Positions 1 through 10,426 are shown, counted from the stretch's first letter. The stretch: DNA of 36,235 bases from Promethearchaeota archaeon (GCA_016839765.1 JAEOTP010000024.1:1-36235), one strand, 5' to 3'. Notes: generated by a model not told the origin, from the letters alone. A program made the numbers and translations.

Positions 1-1170
1 TCTCGTCAATGGACTTTACGCCCACTAACCCGTTTCCCAAAGTCGGCGGTGCCAGCAGTTTCGGAGTTTAAGAGCTAAGCGAGGAATTTCTTCCCCTTAC
101 TTCACAATTAGTGCTCTACGCCACTGGCGACCTCGTTTGAGACTTGGCTGATACCAACTTCGGGGAGAACCAGCTATCACCGGTCTAGATTAGCCTTTTG
201 CTCCTATACCCAATTCATCCAAGCGAATTGCACGTCAGCACTGGTGCAGACCTCCATCACCCTTTCGAGTGACTTCATCTTGCCCAGGAATAGATCGACC
301 GGCTTCGGGTATTATAACAGTGACTCTTGGCCCTTTTAGACCATTCTTCTGGCTTAATCCCTTAGAAGGTTTCACTACGTCCTTTTGGAGCGGCTGAACC
401 GCTCCTTAGTACGCAGATCTACCTAATGTGATAATTAAGTTGTAAGAATATTGGTTTCCCTTTGCCTTCGCGCCGTTAGACGCTTAAGCTCGCCACTACT
501 ATAAACTCCCTGGCCAATGATTCCAGACTGATGATGCAACCCTAGTCCTCTACATTCTGATGTTCTGTCACCAGAACTCATTCACGCAGAATCTGTCCTT
601 TCAGGCCGCATCCTTACTAAACTATTTGGTTTCAAGCGCTTTTCACGACCCTTCCGGGTTTCTTTTCATCTTTAGCTCGCGCTACTATTTCGCTATCGGT
701 CTTGGGACATATTTAGATTTGCCAGCGTGTATCTGGCACGTTCGTACGAGAAAACCATCCCGCACTACTCAGGATACCACGCAGCAGCCTTCCAAATTGC
801 GGTTACGCGGCTGTCACGCTCTATGGCTCAACATTCCAGGAGTATTCACCTTCTTTGGAGAGGCCGTACGAGGTCCGTACACCACATTTCCACTAGGTTT
901 CCCTAGGGATTCGGTTTGATCTATTCCGCTTTCGCTCGCCGTTACTCACGGAATCACTGTTGTTTTCTTTTCCTCCTGGTACTAAAATGTTTTACTTCCC
1001 AGGGTTCCCCTTCCCTGCCGGGAATCTTGCAGATTATTAGGCTGCAAGTGGATGTCCTATTCGAGAATCTCGGGGTCAATGTCTACATGCGACTAACCCG
1101 AGCTTATCGCAGCTTGTCACGCTCTTCATCGGTGCCCAAGCCAAGATATCCACCAAATAGCGGAGGCGTA
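1..1170 (-). rRNA. rrl: 23S (LSU) rRNA, 5' portion (domains I-II), continuing off the left edge of the window
   Basis: GC-rich island. The reverse complement reads CCGCTATTTGGTGGATATCTTGGCTTGGGCACCGATGAAGAGCGTGACAAGCTGCGATAAGC, then AGTACCAGGAGGAAAAGAAAAC, ACCGATAGCGAAATAGTAGCGCGAGC, ACCCGAAGCCGGTCGATCTA and GATAGCTGGTTCTCCCCGAA, all conserved LSU rRNA blocks. The mature 5' end is approximate. Confidence 0.97.
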
Positions 1171-1767
1171 TTGGCGTCTACTTAAGGAAAGATTCAGATT
1201 GCTTGCACTAAGGCTTGTGTATTTAGAGACGATAATATATAAAATTAATATCGAGACGATATTTGGTTACTATATATGAGGAGTATGTTCCTATGAGCAC
1301 GAAACTTACTTATTGTCAGTGCTTGGCCCGGAATCCCTAAAACAACCAATGTATTGATTCCTTTAAGCATACATTTCCCGTAGCACCAGACATTTTGACT
1401 AAAGCCTTTCCTGGTGTACTTCCATGAAGCCGGTGCCTGCTATTGGTCATATATCATCAGTTTATGATGAGATATTTTTTCCAACCAATAACTTATCAAT
1501 GGAAAAAGATTTGTAATTTTATGATATACAGAAGTACCATCGACGAAATATAAGAATAATTTCTTAATTAAAAATTTTATGGTCAAAATTAATAAATTTT
1601 AAAAGTATATCATATAGATTTTAGATTTAGAATTAAACAATAATTTTAAAAATTTAATATCTCCGAAGTCTGAAAAAGGATGATAAATTTTAATAAAAAT
1701 TAGGAAATAGTTTGCTATTACCCAAGTAGATTGATAAAATGATACAACCTAACTTAAAATATAAAAA

Positions 1768-2646
1768 GTGAATATTTTGAAAGAAAAAATATTAATTGGA
1801 ACCTCTGGGTGGAGTTATGATGAATGGATTGGACCTTTTTATCCTCAAGGATTAACTAAAAAAGATTTTCTGTCATACTACTCTCAAATTTTTTATACAA
1901 ACGAAATTAATACTACATTCTATAATATACCTTCCCGTTATATAGTGGAGAGTTGGGTTAAGAAAACTCCTAAAGATTTTCTTTTTACGGCAAAGATTCC
2001 TCAAATTATTACCCATGAAAAAAAACTGGACATTGATGAATGTTTAAATGATTTAGATTATTTTTTAAAAGTTATGAATCCATTAATAGAATCCTCAAAA
2101 TTGTTAGCTTTTTTAATACAATTACCTCCTTCATTTACTAAGGATAAACATTTTACTAATTTAAAAGAGTTCATTGCAAATTGGCCTGAAGATTATAAAC
2201 GAGAGAATTACTACCTAGCTATTGAATTTAGAGATAGATCATGGATGCATGATGAAATTTTTACTTATTTAAAACAGAAATCATTAACGTATTGTGCTGT
2301 AATTGAACCATTATTACCACCCCGTATGGATATTACTAATGCTGAATTTGCCTATATTCGATTTCACGGATATGGTAAGGATATTTGGTTCGATTATTTT
2401 TTTAAAGAAGAGGAAATAAAGAATTGGGCAATTTCTATTAAAGATGTAATAAATCAGACACCTAATATTGGTATTTATTTTAACAATCATTTTTCTGGAT
2501 ATGCAGCAAAAAATTCATTAATGATGATGAGAGAATTAAATCTTAAGCCAAGAAATACACCAAATGATATTAGTATTTTAGACATCAAGAAAAAATCAGG
2601 TTCACTACCTAAGGGTCAATTAGGCCTCGACAAATTTTTAAAATAA
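1768..2646 (+). CDS. DUF72 (YecE-like) family protein
   Basis: IGTSGWSY..W...FYP, EINTTFY, F.AKIPQ.ITH, QLPPSF, EFR..SW, YIRFHG and YFNNH..G.A motifs; GTG start. Confidence 0.9.
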   Translation: MNILKEKILIGTSGWSYDEWIGPFYPQGLTKKDFLSYYSQIFYTNEINTTFYNIPSRYIVESWVKKTPKDFLFTAKIPQIITHEKKLDIDECLNDLDYFLKVMNPLIESSKLLAFLIQLPPSFTKDKHFTNLKEFIANWPEDYKRENYYLAIEFRDRSWMHDEIFTYLKQKSLTYCAVIEPLLPPRMDITNAEFAYIRFHGYGKDIWFDYFFKEEEIKNWAISIKDVINQTPNIGIYFNNHFSGYAAKNSLMMMRELNLKPRNTPNDISILDIKKKSGSLPKGQLGLDKFLK

Positions 2647-2668
2647 AATTAAGTTATTCAAGTTATTC

Positions 2669-3658
2669 ATGGATCAAAAAAAAATTAAAATTGGATTTAT
2701 TGGGGCAGGTTCTATTGGTAGTTTATTTGGTGGATATTTAGCAGCAATTCAATCTAAAAATTATTTACTAGAAGTAATCTTTTTCTGTAAAGAAGATCAT
2801 GCTAAAATGTTAAACAAAAATGGTCTTAAAATTGATCTTAAGGGTTCTGTTCGTATCGTAGATAATATAAAAGCTTTTAAAAATCTTGAAGATTATTTTA
2901 ATAGCCAAATGGATAAAAGCAATGGATTCGATTTTATTTTTCTTACAACAAAAACTTATGATATTGAAAATGCTTTATTTCAATATATGGATCTAATAGA
3001 GGAATGTAAATGGTTGGTTATTTTACAAAATGGAATTGGAAATGAAGATAATATAAAAAAATATTGTGACAAAACTAAACTAGTAAGAATTATCACATCT
3101 CACGGCGCATTATTGAAAAACCCAGGTTATGTTTATCACAAGGGGACAGGCTTTACATATATTGGATTTCCCTTTCAGGATTTAAAAAAATTAAGTAGAG
3201 GGGAATATCAAGATGCTCGCTATTTACTTGAAACAATTTTAAAATTAGCTGGCATTGAAAGTTCGTTTGTTGAAAATATTATTGAAAAATCATGGGAAAA
3301 AGCGTTTATTAATATCGGTATTAATGCTCTTGGAGCTTTAACACGCTTAAAAAACGGAAGATTGTTAGAAAGTAAAGGATTAAGGAGGATTATGGCAGAA
3401 GCCGTTAAAGAAGCTCTAAAAATCGCGGAATTAAAAGAAATCGAACTTTCCAATGAAGATTTTATTGAATTAACCTTTTCTGTAGCAAAAGAAACATACA
3501 ATAATAAAAATTCAATGTTGCAGGATGTGATAAAAGGTAAAAAGACTGAAATTGATTTTATGAATGGAAAAATCGTTGAATATGCGAGAGAATTAGGGTT
3601 GGAAGTTCCTATTAATGAAATCTTAACAAACTTAATAAAGGGTTTAGAGGAGTCTTAA
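2669..3658 (+). CDS. panE: 2-dehydropantoate 2-reductase (ketopantoate reductase)
   Basis: GAGSIGSLFG Rossmann motif, TKTYD, LQNGIG, WEK...N..IN, NSMLQD..KGKKTEIDFMNG. Confidence 0.92.
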   Translation: MDQKKIKIGFIGAGSIGSLFGGYLAAIQSKNYLLEVIFFCKEDHAKMLNKNGLKIDLKGSVRIVDNIKAFKNLEDYFNSQMDKSNGFDFIFLTTKTYDIENALFQYMDLIEECKWLVILQNGIGNEDNIKKYCDKTKLVRIITSHGALLKNPGYVYHKGTGFTYIGFPFQDLKKLSRGEYQDARYLLETILKLAGIESSFVENIIEKSWEKAFINIGINALGALTRLKNGRLLESKGLRRIMAEAVKEALKIAELKEIELSNEDFIELTFSVAKETYNNKNSMLQDVIKGKKTEIDFMNGKIVEYARELGLEVPINEILTNLIKGLEES

Positions 3659-3668
3659 AGAGAAAAAT

Positions 3669-4193
3669 TTATGCTTTTAAAGTCATATAATAAGCATTTT
3701 CTCCATCTCGATAATACTTATTTTTTATACTATGAGTTTTAAACTTAAATTTCTTATATAAACTTATCGCGAGGTAATTACTTACTCTCACTTCCAGTAC
3801 AAATTCATCAATATTATGGTTTTTTACTTTTAGCATTGATTTATTTAATAACGCTGAAGCAATTCCTAATCTCCTATAATTTTTTAAAACAGCTATCGAG
3901 ACTAAGTGCCCTTTATTTGTAAATTCTAGATTGTATTTTGAGGGTAGTTTTTCAACTCTCCACATAATGTAACCAATTACTTTCTCACTAGAATTACACG
4001 CTACTAAAAAGGAATCAGCATAGTTGTCAAGAATACTTTTATAGAAAAAATAGGGATAATCTTCGGGTAATTCTTTCTCATTTACCTCAATCACTCCCTC
4101 TAAATCTTCTAATGTGCATCTTCTGATTATGATTGAATCGTTATCAGTGAAAATATTGAAATATTTAGTCTGTGTATCTTTATCAGTACCCAT
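3669..4193 (-). CDS. RimI/Ard1-like N-terminal acetyltransferase (GNAT)
   Basis: LPEDY, GHLVSIAV..YRRLGIASAL, LEVRVSN..AI.LY and YYRDGENAY.M match the Ard1/Naa10/RimI family. Confidence 0.9.
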   Translation of the reverse strand: MGTDKDTQTKYFNIFTDNDSIIIRRCTLEDLEGVIEVNEKELPEDYPYFFYKSILDNYADSFLVACNSSEKVIGYIMWRVEKLPSKYNLEFTNKGHLVSIAVLKNYRRLGIASALLNKSMLKVKNHNIDEFVLEVRVSNYLAISLYKKFKFKTHSIKNKYYRDGENAYYMTLKA

Positions 4194-4290
4194 CTTTAGT
4201 ATTACTCGTGCTTTAATTGTAAAAATTTAGCTATATAAGATATTATTTTAGGACTTTTTAAGCTTTTTTAATTGAAAAACAATTTTAAAT

Positions 4291-5094
4291 TTAATCTTTC
4301 AGAATCTTAAATGCTTCTTTCTTTTGTTTTTCAATATGCTTAATTATTAAATCAAGAGCATCTTGTATATTTTTTTTATTATTAAATAGCTTGATTATTT
4401 TTTGAAGTTCTCCTTTTTTTAATTTTTTTTGTTTTTTTGCAATTTCTATCATTTTTGGTAAGACTCTGACGATATTATCTACAATAGTAATGTCTGCCCA
4501 GATTGATGTTCTACTTATTGGATTCAAATCAACTGCAATAACTTTTTTACCCAATTTTTTTAAAGCTTCTGTTCTATCACCGTCTTCTAATGGAACAAAT
4601 ACAACATCTGCTAGTTTAATTCCATGAGGATCCACTTTTCTGCGATTACTGGAAAGTTCCTGAATTTCAATCATTATATCCTCTTTAATTCCAAGAATAT
4701 TCTTTGCTCCCGCATTTTCTAATAATGCTTTAATAGCTTCAATTCTTCCTTCTTTTGCATAAAATAAATTCACTTCTAATTGTGCATTCGCAACATTTGA
4801 AAAATTTACTAATTCTTTAGCGCATAATGCGGCTGTATTACCATTTACACTTATTACTGGATGTTTAGCTAGTAGTAGTAGAGCTACTGCAGCCTCTATT
4901 GCTTTTTTCGCGTTTTCATTAGTTTTTTCTCCGAAAATATAATCAAAACATTCTCCTCTACCATGTGCGATAAGACCTGCTTCTGCTACGATCAGTTTTT
5001 CCATTCCTTCAATAATTTTATGACGGTATTTAAGACTTAGATAACGTGGATGATCTTCTGGTATTTCATGATAAAAATTTTCGTTTGGACTCAT
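4291..5094 (-). CDS. pps: 4-phosphopantoate--beta-alanine ligase (archaeal phosphopantothenate synthetase, DUF137)
   Basis: IP.DHPRY.SL..R, GLIAHGRGE.FDY, PVISVNGN.AAL, VPLEDGDR.EAL, DLNP.SRT. Confidence 0.93.
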   Translation of the reverse strand: MSPNENFYHEIPEDHPRYLSLKYRHKIIEGMEKLIVAEAGLIAHGRGECFDYIFGEKTNENAKKAIEAAVALLLLAKHPVISVNGNTAALCAKELVNFSNVANAQLEVNLFYAKEGRIEAIKALLENAGAKNILGIKEDIMIEIQELSSNRRKVDPHGIKLADVVFVPLEDGDRTEALKKLGKKVIAVDLNPISRTSIWADITIVDNIVRVLPKMIEIAKKQKKLKKGELQKIIKLFNNKKNIQDALDLIIKHIEKQKKEAFKILKD

Positions 5095-5188
5095 AATTTC
5101 GAGTTTCAGAAATTTTAGTATTTTATATAGTTTAAAATAAAGAAAAACTATTAATTTTTTGTATCTTTTAATATTTTAGTTGATAAAT

Positions 5189-6463
5189 ATGAGTTCGGTT
5201 GTTGAAATGAAAAGTAACGACTTACAGATTTATAAAACTAAAAAATTATTAGATTATTTAAAAGGTAAAAAAGGTTTTCATACTGAGTTGGTATCGTTAT
5301 ATATTCCTCACGATAGAAAAATTTCAGATGTGACTAATTATCTGAAAAATGAAGTTAGTGAAAGTCAAAATATTAAATCAAAATTAACCAGAAAAAATGT
5401 ACTTGATAGTATTGCAAGTCTTTTAGGCCAATTAAAAAATGTAGATTCCAGTCCAGAAAATGGAGTAATCATGTTTTCTGGAGCAATCCCCCAAAACAAT
5501 ACTCCAGGTACAGAGAAAAATGAGTTATATATTGTAGATCCCCCAGAAAAAGTTAAAACATTTAGGTATCACTGTGCAAGTCAATTTTTATTATGGCCTC
5601 TAGAAGAAATGCTTGTGCCAAAGGATACTTATGGTCTTCTTGTTATCGGAAGACAAGAATCTGCTGTTGGTTACGTAAAAGGAAATCATGTTGAGATTGT
5701 TAGAGAATTTACCTCAGGAATTCACAGTAAGCATAGAGCAGGAGGTCAATCCCAGAAAAGGTTTGAAAGATTAATTGAAGAGGGGGAAAAACAATTCTAT
5801 AGGAGAATATCTGACGAAATTAATGAACTCTTTTTAGAAATGGAAGATTTAAGGGGGATTTTTATCGGAGGGCCGGGCCCATCGAAAGAAAAGTTTGTAA
5901 ATGATGAAAGTATGGATTATAGATTAAGGGAGAAAATATTAGATGTAGTTGATCTTGGATATGGAGGATCTGAGGGAATTCGTGCGCTTATTAATAAAGT
6001 CAAAGATAAAATTCAAGATGTAAAGTATATTCGTGAAAAACAAGTTATGCAAAGATTCATGAAAGAAATTGCTAATGATACTGGAATGGCAACTTATGGT
6101 CTTGAAGATGTACAGAAAGCATTAAATATGGGTGCTGTTGATACCTTAATACTCTCTGAAAAATTAGATACTTATAAAGTTAGGATAGAATGTTCTAATT
6201 GTGGTTATATTGAAAATCGTAACACAAGTGAACAGAATATTGCTAATTTAGAGTCTTCTATACAAGAAGAAAGTTGTCCGAAATGTAATTCAAATACCTT
6301 TAATATGACTGATAACATATCGATGATAGAAGAACTTGGGGGTATTGCAAATACAATGGGAACAGAAATAGATATTATTTCTTCTGAAACTGAAGAAGGA
6401 GAAATGTTACATAGCACTTTTGGAGGTATTGTAGCTATTTTGCGTTTTAAACTTAACTATTAA
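5189..6463 (+). CDS. prf1: Peptide chain release factor aRF1
   Basis: ELVSLYIP, NIKS, YxCxxxF, KH.AGGQS..RF.R, Zn mini-domain (CSNC..CPKC), FGGIVAILRF. ATG at 5189 preferred over TTG at 5180. Confidence 0.97.
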   Translation: MSSVVEMKSNDLQIYKTKKLLDYLKGKKGFHTELVSLYIPHDRKISDVTNYLKNEVSESQNIKSKLTRKNVLDSIASLLGQLKNVDSSPENGVIMFSGAIPQNNTPGTEKNELYIVDPPEKVKTFRYHCASQFLLWPLEEMLVPKDTYGLLVIGRQESAVGYVKGNHVEIVREFTSGIHSKHRAGGQSQKRFERLIEEGEKQFYRRISDEINELFLEMEDLRGIFIGGPGPSKEKFVNDESMDYRLREKILDVVDLGYGGSEGIRALINKVKDKIQDVKYIREKQVMQRFMKEIANDTGMATYGLEDVQKALNMGAVDTLILSEKLDTYKVRIECSNCGYIENRNTSEQNIANLESSIQEESCPKCNSNTFNMTDNISMIEELGGIANTMGTEIDIISSETEEGEMLHSTFGGIVAILRFKLNY

Positions 6464-6541
6464 TCAAAATTTAAATTAAAAGGTTTCATTTTAATTAATT
6501 TTATAAAATTTTATGATGAATTAATTGGTAGATGATAAGTT

Positions 6542-7531
6542 TTGTTAAGAGATTTATTACTTAATTTAAAGATGATTATGTTTGGAGGGAAAGGAGGGGT
6601 AGGAAAAACCACTTGTGCTGCGAGTTCAGCAATTTGGGCTGCTGAACATGGACGAAAAACATTGATTATAAGTACTGATCCTGCTCATTCATTAGGAGAT
6701 AGTTTAGGAATGGAATTACCTCCTGGTGAACCTGTGCCTGTAAGGGGTGTTGAGAATTTAACTGCTTTGGAGATCAATCCTCAAGCAAAAATGGCAGAAA
6801 TTAAGAAATTAACTGAAGTAAATCCAATAGGAGATCTAGGGATGATGGGAGATATGATGCAAAGTATGTTAGATGGGATGGCAGGAGATACAGATGAAGG
6901 AGTATCGTTAAATCCTCCTGGTATTGATGAAACCTTAGCTTTTGGAAAAGTTTTAGAATTTATTGAGACAGAACATGATTATGATTTAATTATTTTCGAT
7001 ACTGCTCCGACTGGACATACGCTTAGATTATTAGGACTCCCAGAAACATTGTCTAGTTGGATTGGAAAAATTCTAAAATTAAGATTAAAATTAGGGCGAA
7101 TTTTTGGTAAATTTAAAAAATTATTTGGAGGAGGAGATGATCAACAAGATGATTCATTGGAGGTATTAGAAAGAATGAATAATGCTATAATAGATGCTAG
7201 AGAAGATTTAACCAATCCTAACGTAAATTCTTTTGTAATTGTTATGATTTCCGAAGAAATGGCAATAGCAGAAACAGGAAGATTATTAAATCAATTAATA
7301 AAGTATAGTATACCCAATTCAAATATTGTAATAAACCAATTATATCTGGATCCTTCTGAATTATGTGAATTTTGTAAGGCTCGTCGAGCTATGCAACAAA
7401 GAAATTTAAAAAAAATAAAAAGTATTTTTCAAGACAAACTAAATAAAAGCCTAATTGAAGTACCTTTATTTAAAGATGAAATAAGGGAATATAATATGTT
7501 AAAAGAATTTTCAAAACGTTTAATCAATTAA
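6542..7531 (+). CDS. Get3/TRC40-like (ArsA family) single-domain ATPase
   Basis: GGKGGVGKTT P-loop, STDPAHSL.D, PGIDE, FDTAPTGHTLRLL, CxxC (CEFC), Met-rich insert; TTG start. Confidence 0.92.
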   Translation: MLRDLLLNLKMIMFGGKGGVGKTTCAASSAIWAAEHGRKTLIISTDPAHSLGDSLGMELPPGEPVPVRGVENLTALEINPQAKMAEIKKLTEVNPIGDLGMMGDMMQSMLDGMAGDTDEGVSLNPPGIDETLAFGKVLEFIETEHDYDLIIFDTAPTGHTLRLLGLPETLSSWIGKILKLRLKLGRIFGKFKKLFGGGDDQQDDSLEVLERMNNAIIDAREDLTNPNVNSFVIVMISEEMAIAETGRLLNQLIKYSIPNSNIVINQLYLDPSELCEFCKARRAMQQRNLKKIKSIFQDKLNKSLIEVPLFKDEIREYNMLKEFSKRLIN

Positions 7532-7532
7532 T

Positions 7533-8519
7533 CTAAACATTTAATTCTTTTTTTAAAGTGCAATATGTGCAGATTTTTGCAATTCCAGTGGGATAACCAC
7601 AAATATTACAACTACTATATTTTTCCTTTCCATAATGATTATATATTATTTCAGAAATTTCTAAAAATCCGTTTAACAAATTAAATTCAATTTCAGGGCT
7701 ATATCGCTTACAAGATTGAATGAATTCTAAAACTCTTCTTCTTATTATTGGATCGACTTCTCTATAAGGACAATGAGGCGAATAATAATCAAATTTCTTT
7801 GTTTTAGCATATATTAATATTTCTTCTTCAGGCAGTTTAAATAATGGAGTTATTTTTTTGATATAATACGTTCTTAAATCTTTGCTTTCATCTTTTAGTA
7901 TAAATTGGCTTCCAATTAAGTGTAATCTTTTATAAAGGATATTCATTAAAAATGTTTCTGCTACATCTGTTAAATTATGCCCCATTGCTAAAACAGTTCC
8001 ACCTAATTCTCTTGCTCCATCATTTAGTAGTCTTCTTCTTATTGTGGCACAATAATTACACGCGTATTTATAATCAGGTTGTTGCTTTTTTATTTTGATG
8101 ATCTCATTTAAAGTTAAACCAAATTTCTCTTTGAATGAAAGAATTTTATATTCGATATTATATTTTTTACAAAATTTTTTTGCTATTTCAATACTATTTT
8201 CTCTATAACCCTTAATTCCTTCATCTATAGTTAAAGCTATTATTGGGTTAGGTTCATGTACTCCTTTTTGAATTTTTATAAGATTATAAAGAAGTGTAAT
8301 TGAATCTTTTCCTCCAGATAAACCAACAACAATTTTATCGCTGGGGTCAAGCATGTTATATTTTGAAATAGTTTTTGCTATAATTTTTTCAATACTAATT
8401 TGAAAACAATCTGCACATAATAATTGTCCTGAATGTTTTCTAAAAGTTAGAGCTTTTTTCCCACAAAAAGAGCAATTTGATTTTCTTTCTTGTATTCTGA
8501 GATTTTTAATGTCGATCAC
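7533..8519 (-). CDS. tRNA 2-thiolation protein, NcsA/TtuA/Ctu1 family (TIGR00269-like)
   Basis: N-terminal CxxC..CxxC, SGGKDS PP-loop, DEGI.GYR, CxxC..RR, GHNL.D.AET and C-terminal CxxC..CxxC. The GTG at 8519, just after the upstream gene's stop, is a more plausible start than 8564. Confidence 0.9.
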   Translation of the reverse strand: MIDIKNLRIQERKSNCSFCGKKALTFRKHSGQLLCADCFQISIEKIIAKTISKYNMLDPSDKIVVGLSGGKDSITLLYNLIKIQKGVHEPNPIIALTIDEGIKGYRENSIEIAKKFCKKYNIEYKILSFKEKFGLTLNEIIKIKKQQPDYKYACNYCATIRRRLLNDGARELGGTVLAMGHNLTDVAETFLMNILYKRLHLIGSQFILKDESKDLRTYYIKKITPLFKLPEEEILIYAKTKKFDYYSPHCPYREVDPIIRRRVLEFIQSCKRYSPEIEFNLLNGFLEISEIIYNHYGKEKYSSCNICGYPTGIAKICTYCTLKKELNV

Positions 8520-8532
8520 TCTGATAAATGTA

Positions 8533-10335
8533 CTAAACCCAAAAGAGGGAAAGATTAAAGCCAAATCTTATAAATGTTAAAAGGAAATTCCCGACTACGA
8601 TAATTATTGTTATAATTCGGATAATATTTAAGGTTAATTTCTTGTTTTTACTTTTTTCATCATATAAATATTCATATGAAATCTCAAAAACAGTATCTCT
8701 TTTTATTTTTGAGTCTTCTGGTAATTTTATTAAAACAGTATCTTTAAACCCATCGCCTATTTTATCAATTAACTCATAATTTTCTTTACCTAATATAATT
8801 TCACTCTTTTCTTTTAATTCTGATTTATCTTTTAATTCAATCTTTACGTATTCAATATTTTCTACGTGATATTCTGATAAATTACACTCAGTATCTTTTT
8901 CTTTATAAACAAATCTATCTTTCTTCTTTTTCTTTAAATCTTGATACTTTTCACCATATATCCAATTAATAACTTCTTTTACCATTCTATCTCCATCAAA
9001 AATAGGCAATGGCATTGTATTAAAAAGCACTAAACTAAATGAAATTACAAATAACCATAGGAGCTCTTGTTGCCAAAAATCTGGCCAATTTGCTGTGAAA
9101 AATTTTGCAAAATCATTTTTATGCATCCAGTATAAATAAGGAGTTTGCACTCCTACGTAAACGCCCGTAACTGAAACATTAACCAAATAATCAATTCCAG
9201 AATCAGAACTTAAATTCAAATAATTTAAATTAAAACTTGTTAAATTATACTCTAATGTGTTTCCATTTGAAACATCGATGAGGGTACCATTAATTTTAGT
9301 GATCGTTATATTTAAGTTCTCTTGGCTCGTATAATTATATGTTAATTTTAATTCTGTATTAGAAATGTATTCATACTCTAAACCTAAATAATATCTTGGA
9401 CCCAAGATAACATTCTTTTCCGAATAAGTATCACTAAAGGGATTATAAATTTTAAAAGTTAAATTATCACCGACGGAACATTTGATTCTTGTTTTATTAT
9501 TTAGAATTGTACTTAAACTAATTCCTTGGAGCTCATCTAAATATAAAAATTTATCATTAGTTTCATTCTGTTTTTTAATTGCATCAATTACGTCTCCATC
9601 TTCAAGATTTCCATAATTAAATCCACCCTGATAAGGTTCTAATACATTATAAATTTGGGTTACTTGTTTATAGAAGGGGGATACAATATAGGGGTAGGAT
9701 ATCAATAATAAGAATGCTATTCCAGCAGTAATAGCGTTTACATAAGTTCCTGCACCAGCTATCCTTAATCTTGTATTTCTGTGATGTTTACTTGAATTCA
9801 ATTCCCATTCATCAACTTCGACAAAAGCACCAAAACCAATTATGTAAAAAACTCCTACTCCAAGAACTCCTGTTGATTTAATTTCAACTCCATCAATACT
9901 TGCGGAAATTCCATGAGCAAATTCATGAGTGGTTAGAATAAATAATAAAGGTAAAATTAAATAAAATAAGATTGTTATATCTACAGTAACTCCCGGAATA
10001 AGTGGAACAATACCTTGCTCGGGGCTAGGAATAAAGATTAATTTTATAACGTTAGAAAAAAAGAAATATAAACCAAAAATCGTAAATCCAAACGAAATAA
10101 AAATACCAATATTCCAAAAAATCCTCCAAAAGCGCGGTCTTTTTGCAGCAATTTTTCTTATAAAATTATTCAATCTTTTTGTTTTAAACATTGCAAGTAA
10201 GGGAAAAAAAAAGCTATAAGAACCTTTTCTATTTCTCAGGAGATAAACCATTAAAGTTACAATTACCCAAAAAATTAAGGAAAGTATAAAATATGGGTTT
10301 AGAATGAATCCTAAAATGATATCAAGAAAGCTCAT
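8533..10335 (-). CDS. Site-2 protease (peptidase M50) intramembrane metalloprotease
   Basis: HEFAH zinc motif, GAFVE.D, RIAGAG..VN, N..PLPIFDG, multiple hydrophobic segments, large soluble loops. Confidence 0.92.
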   Translation of the reverse strand: MSFLDIILGFILNPYFILSLIFWVIVTLMVYLLRNRKGSYSFFFPLLAMFKTKRLNNFIRKIAAKRPRFWRIFWNIGIFISFGFTIFGLYFFFSNVIKLIFIPSPEQGIVPLIPGVTVDITILFYLILPLLFILTTHEFAHGISASIDGVEIKSTGVLGVGVFYIIGFGAFVEVDEWELNSSKHHRNTRLRIAGAGTYVNAITAGIAFLLLISYPYIVSPFYKQVTQIYNVLEPYQGGFNYGNLEDGDVIDAIKKQNETNDKFLYLDELQGISLSTILNNKTRIKCSVGDNLTFKIYNPFSDTYSEKNVILGPRYYLGLEYEYISNTELKLTYNYTSQENLNITITKINGTLIDVSNGNTLEYNLTSFNLNYLNLSSDSGIDYLVNVSVTGVYVGVQTPYLYWMHKNDFAKFFTANWPDFWQQELLWLFVISFSLVLFNTMPLPIFDGDRMVKEVINWIYGEKYQDLKKKKKDRFVYKEKDTECNLSEYHVENIEYVKIELKDKSELKEKSEIILGKENYELIDKIGDGFKDTVLIKLPEDSKIKRDTVFEISYEYLYDEKSKNKKLTLNIIRIITIIIVVGNFLLTFIRFGFNLSLFWV

Positions 10336-10426
10336 TTATTCTTACTCTTAATCTAATAATTATTACCAAATCTAAATTAAAATTAAATTTATTCTTTTTT
10401 AAAAAGTAATGAAATAAATTAAATAT

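Noticed and set aside
560-1185. Track ORFs 560..919 and 916..1185
   Set aside because: They are antisense to the 23S rRNA and are typical spurious rRNA-derived ORFs.
1455-1475. ATGATGA box C-like motif in the rRNA leader
   Set aside because: There is no suitably spaced box D or D'/C' pair, and the motif is explained as one arm of a local hairpin.
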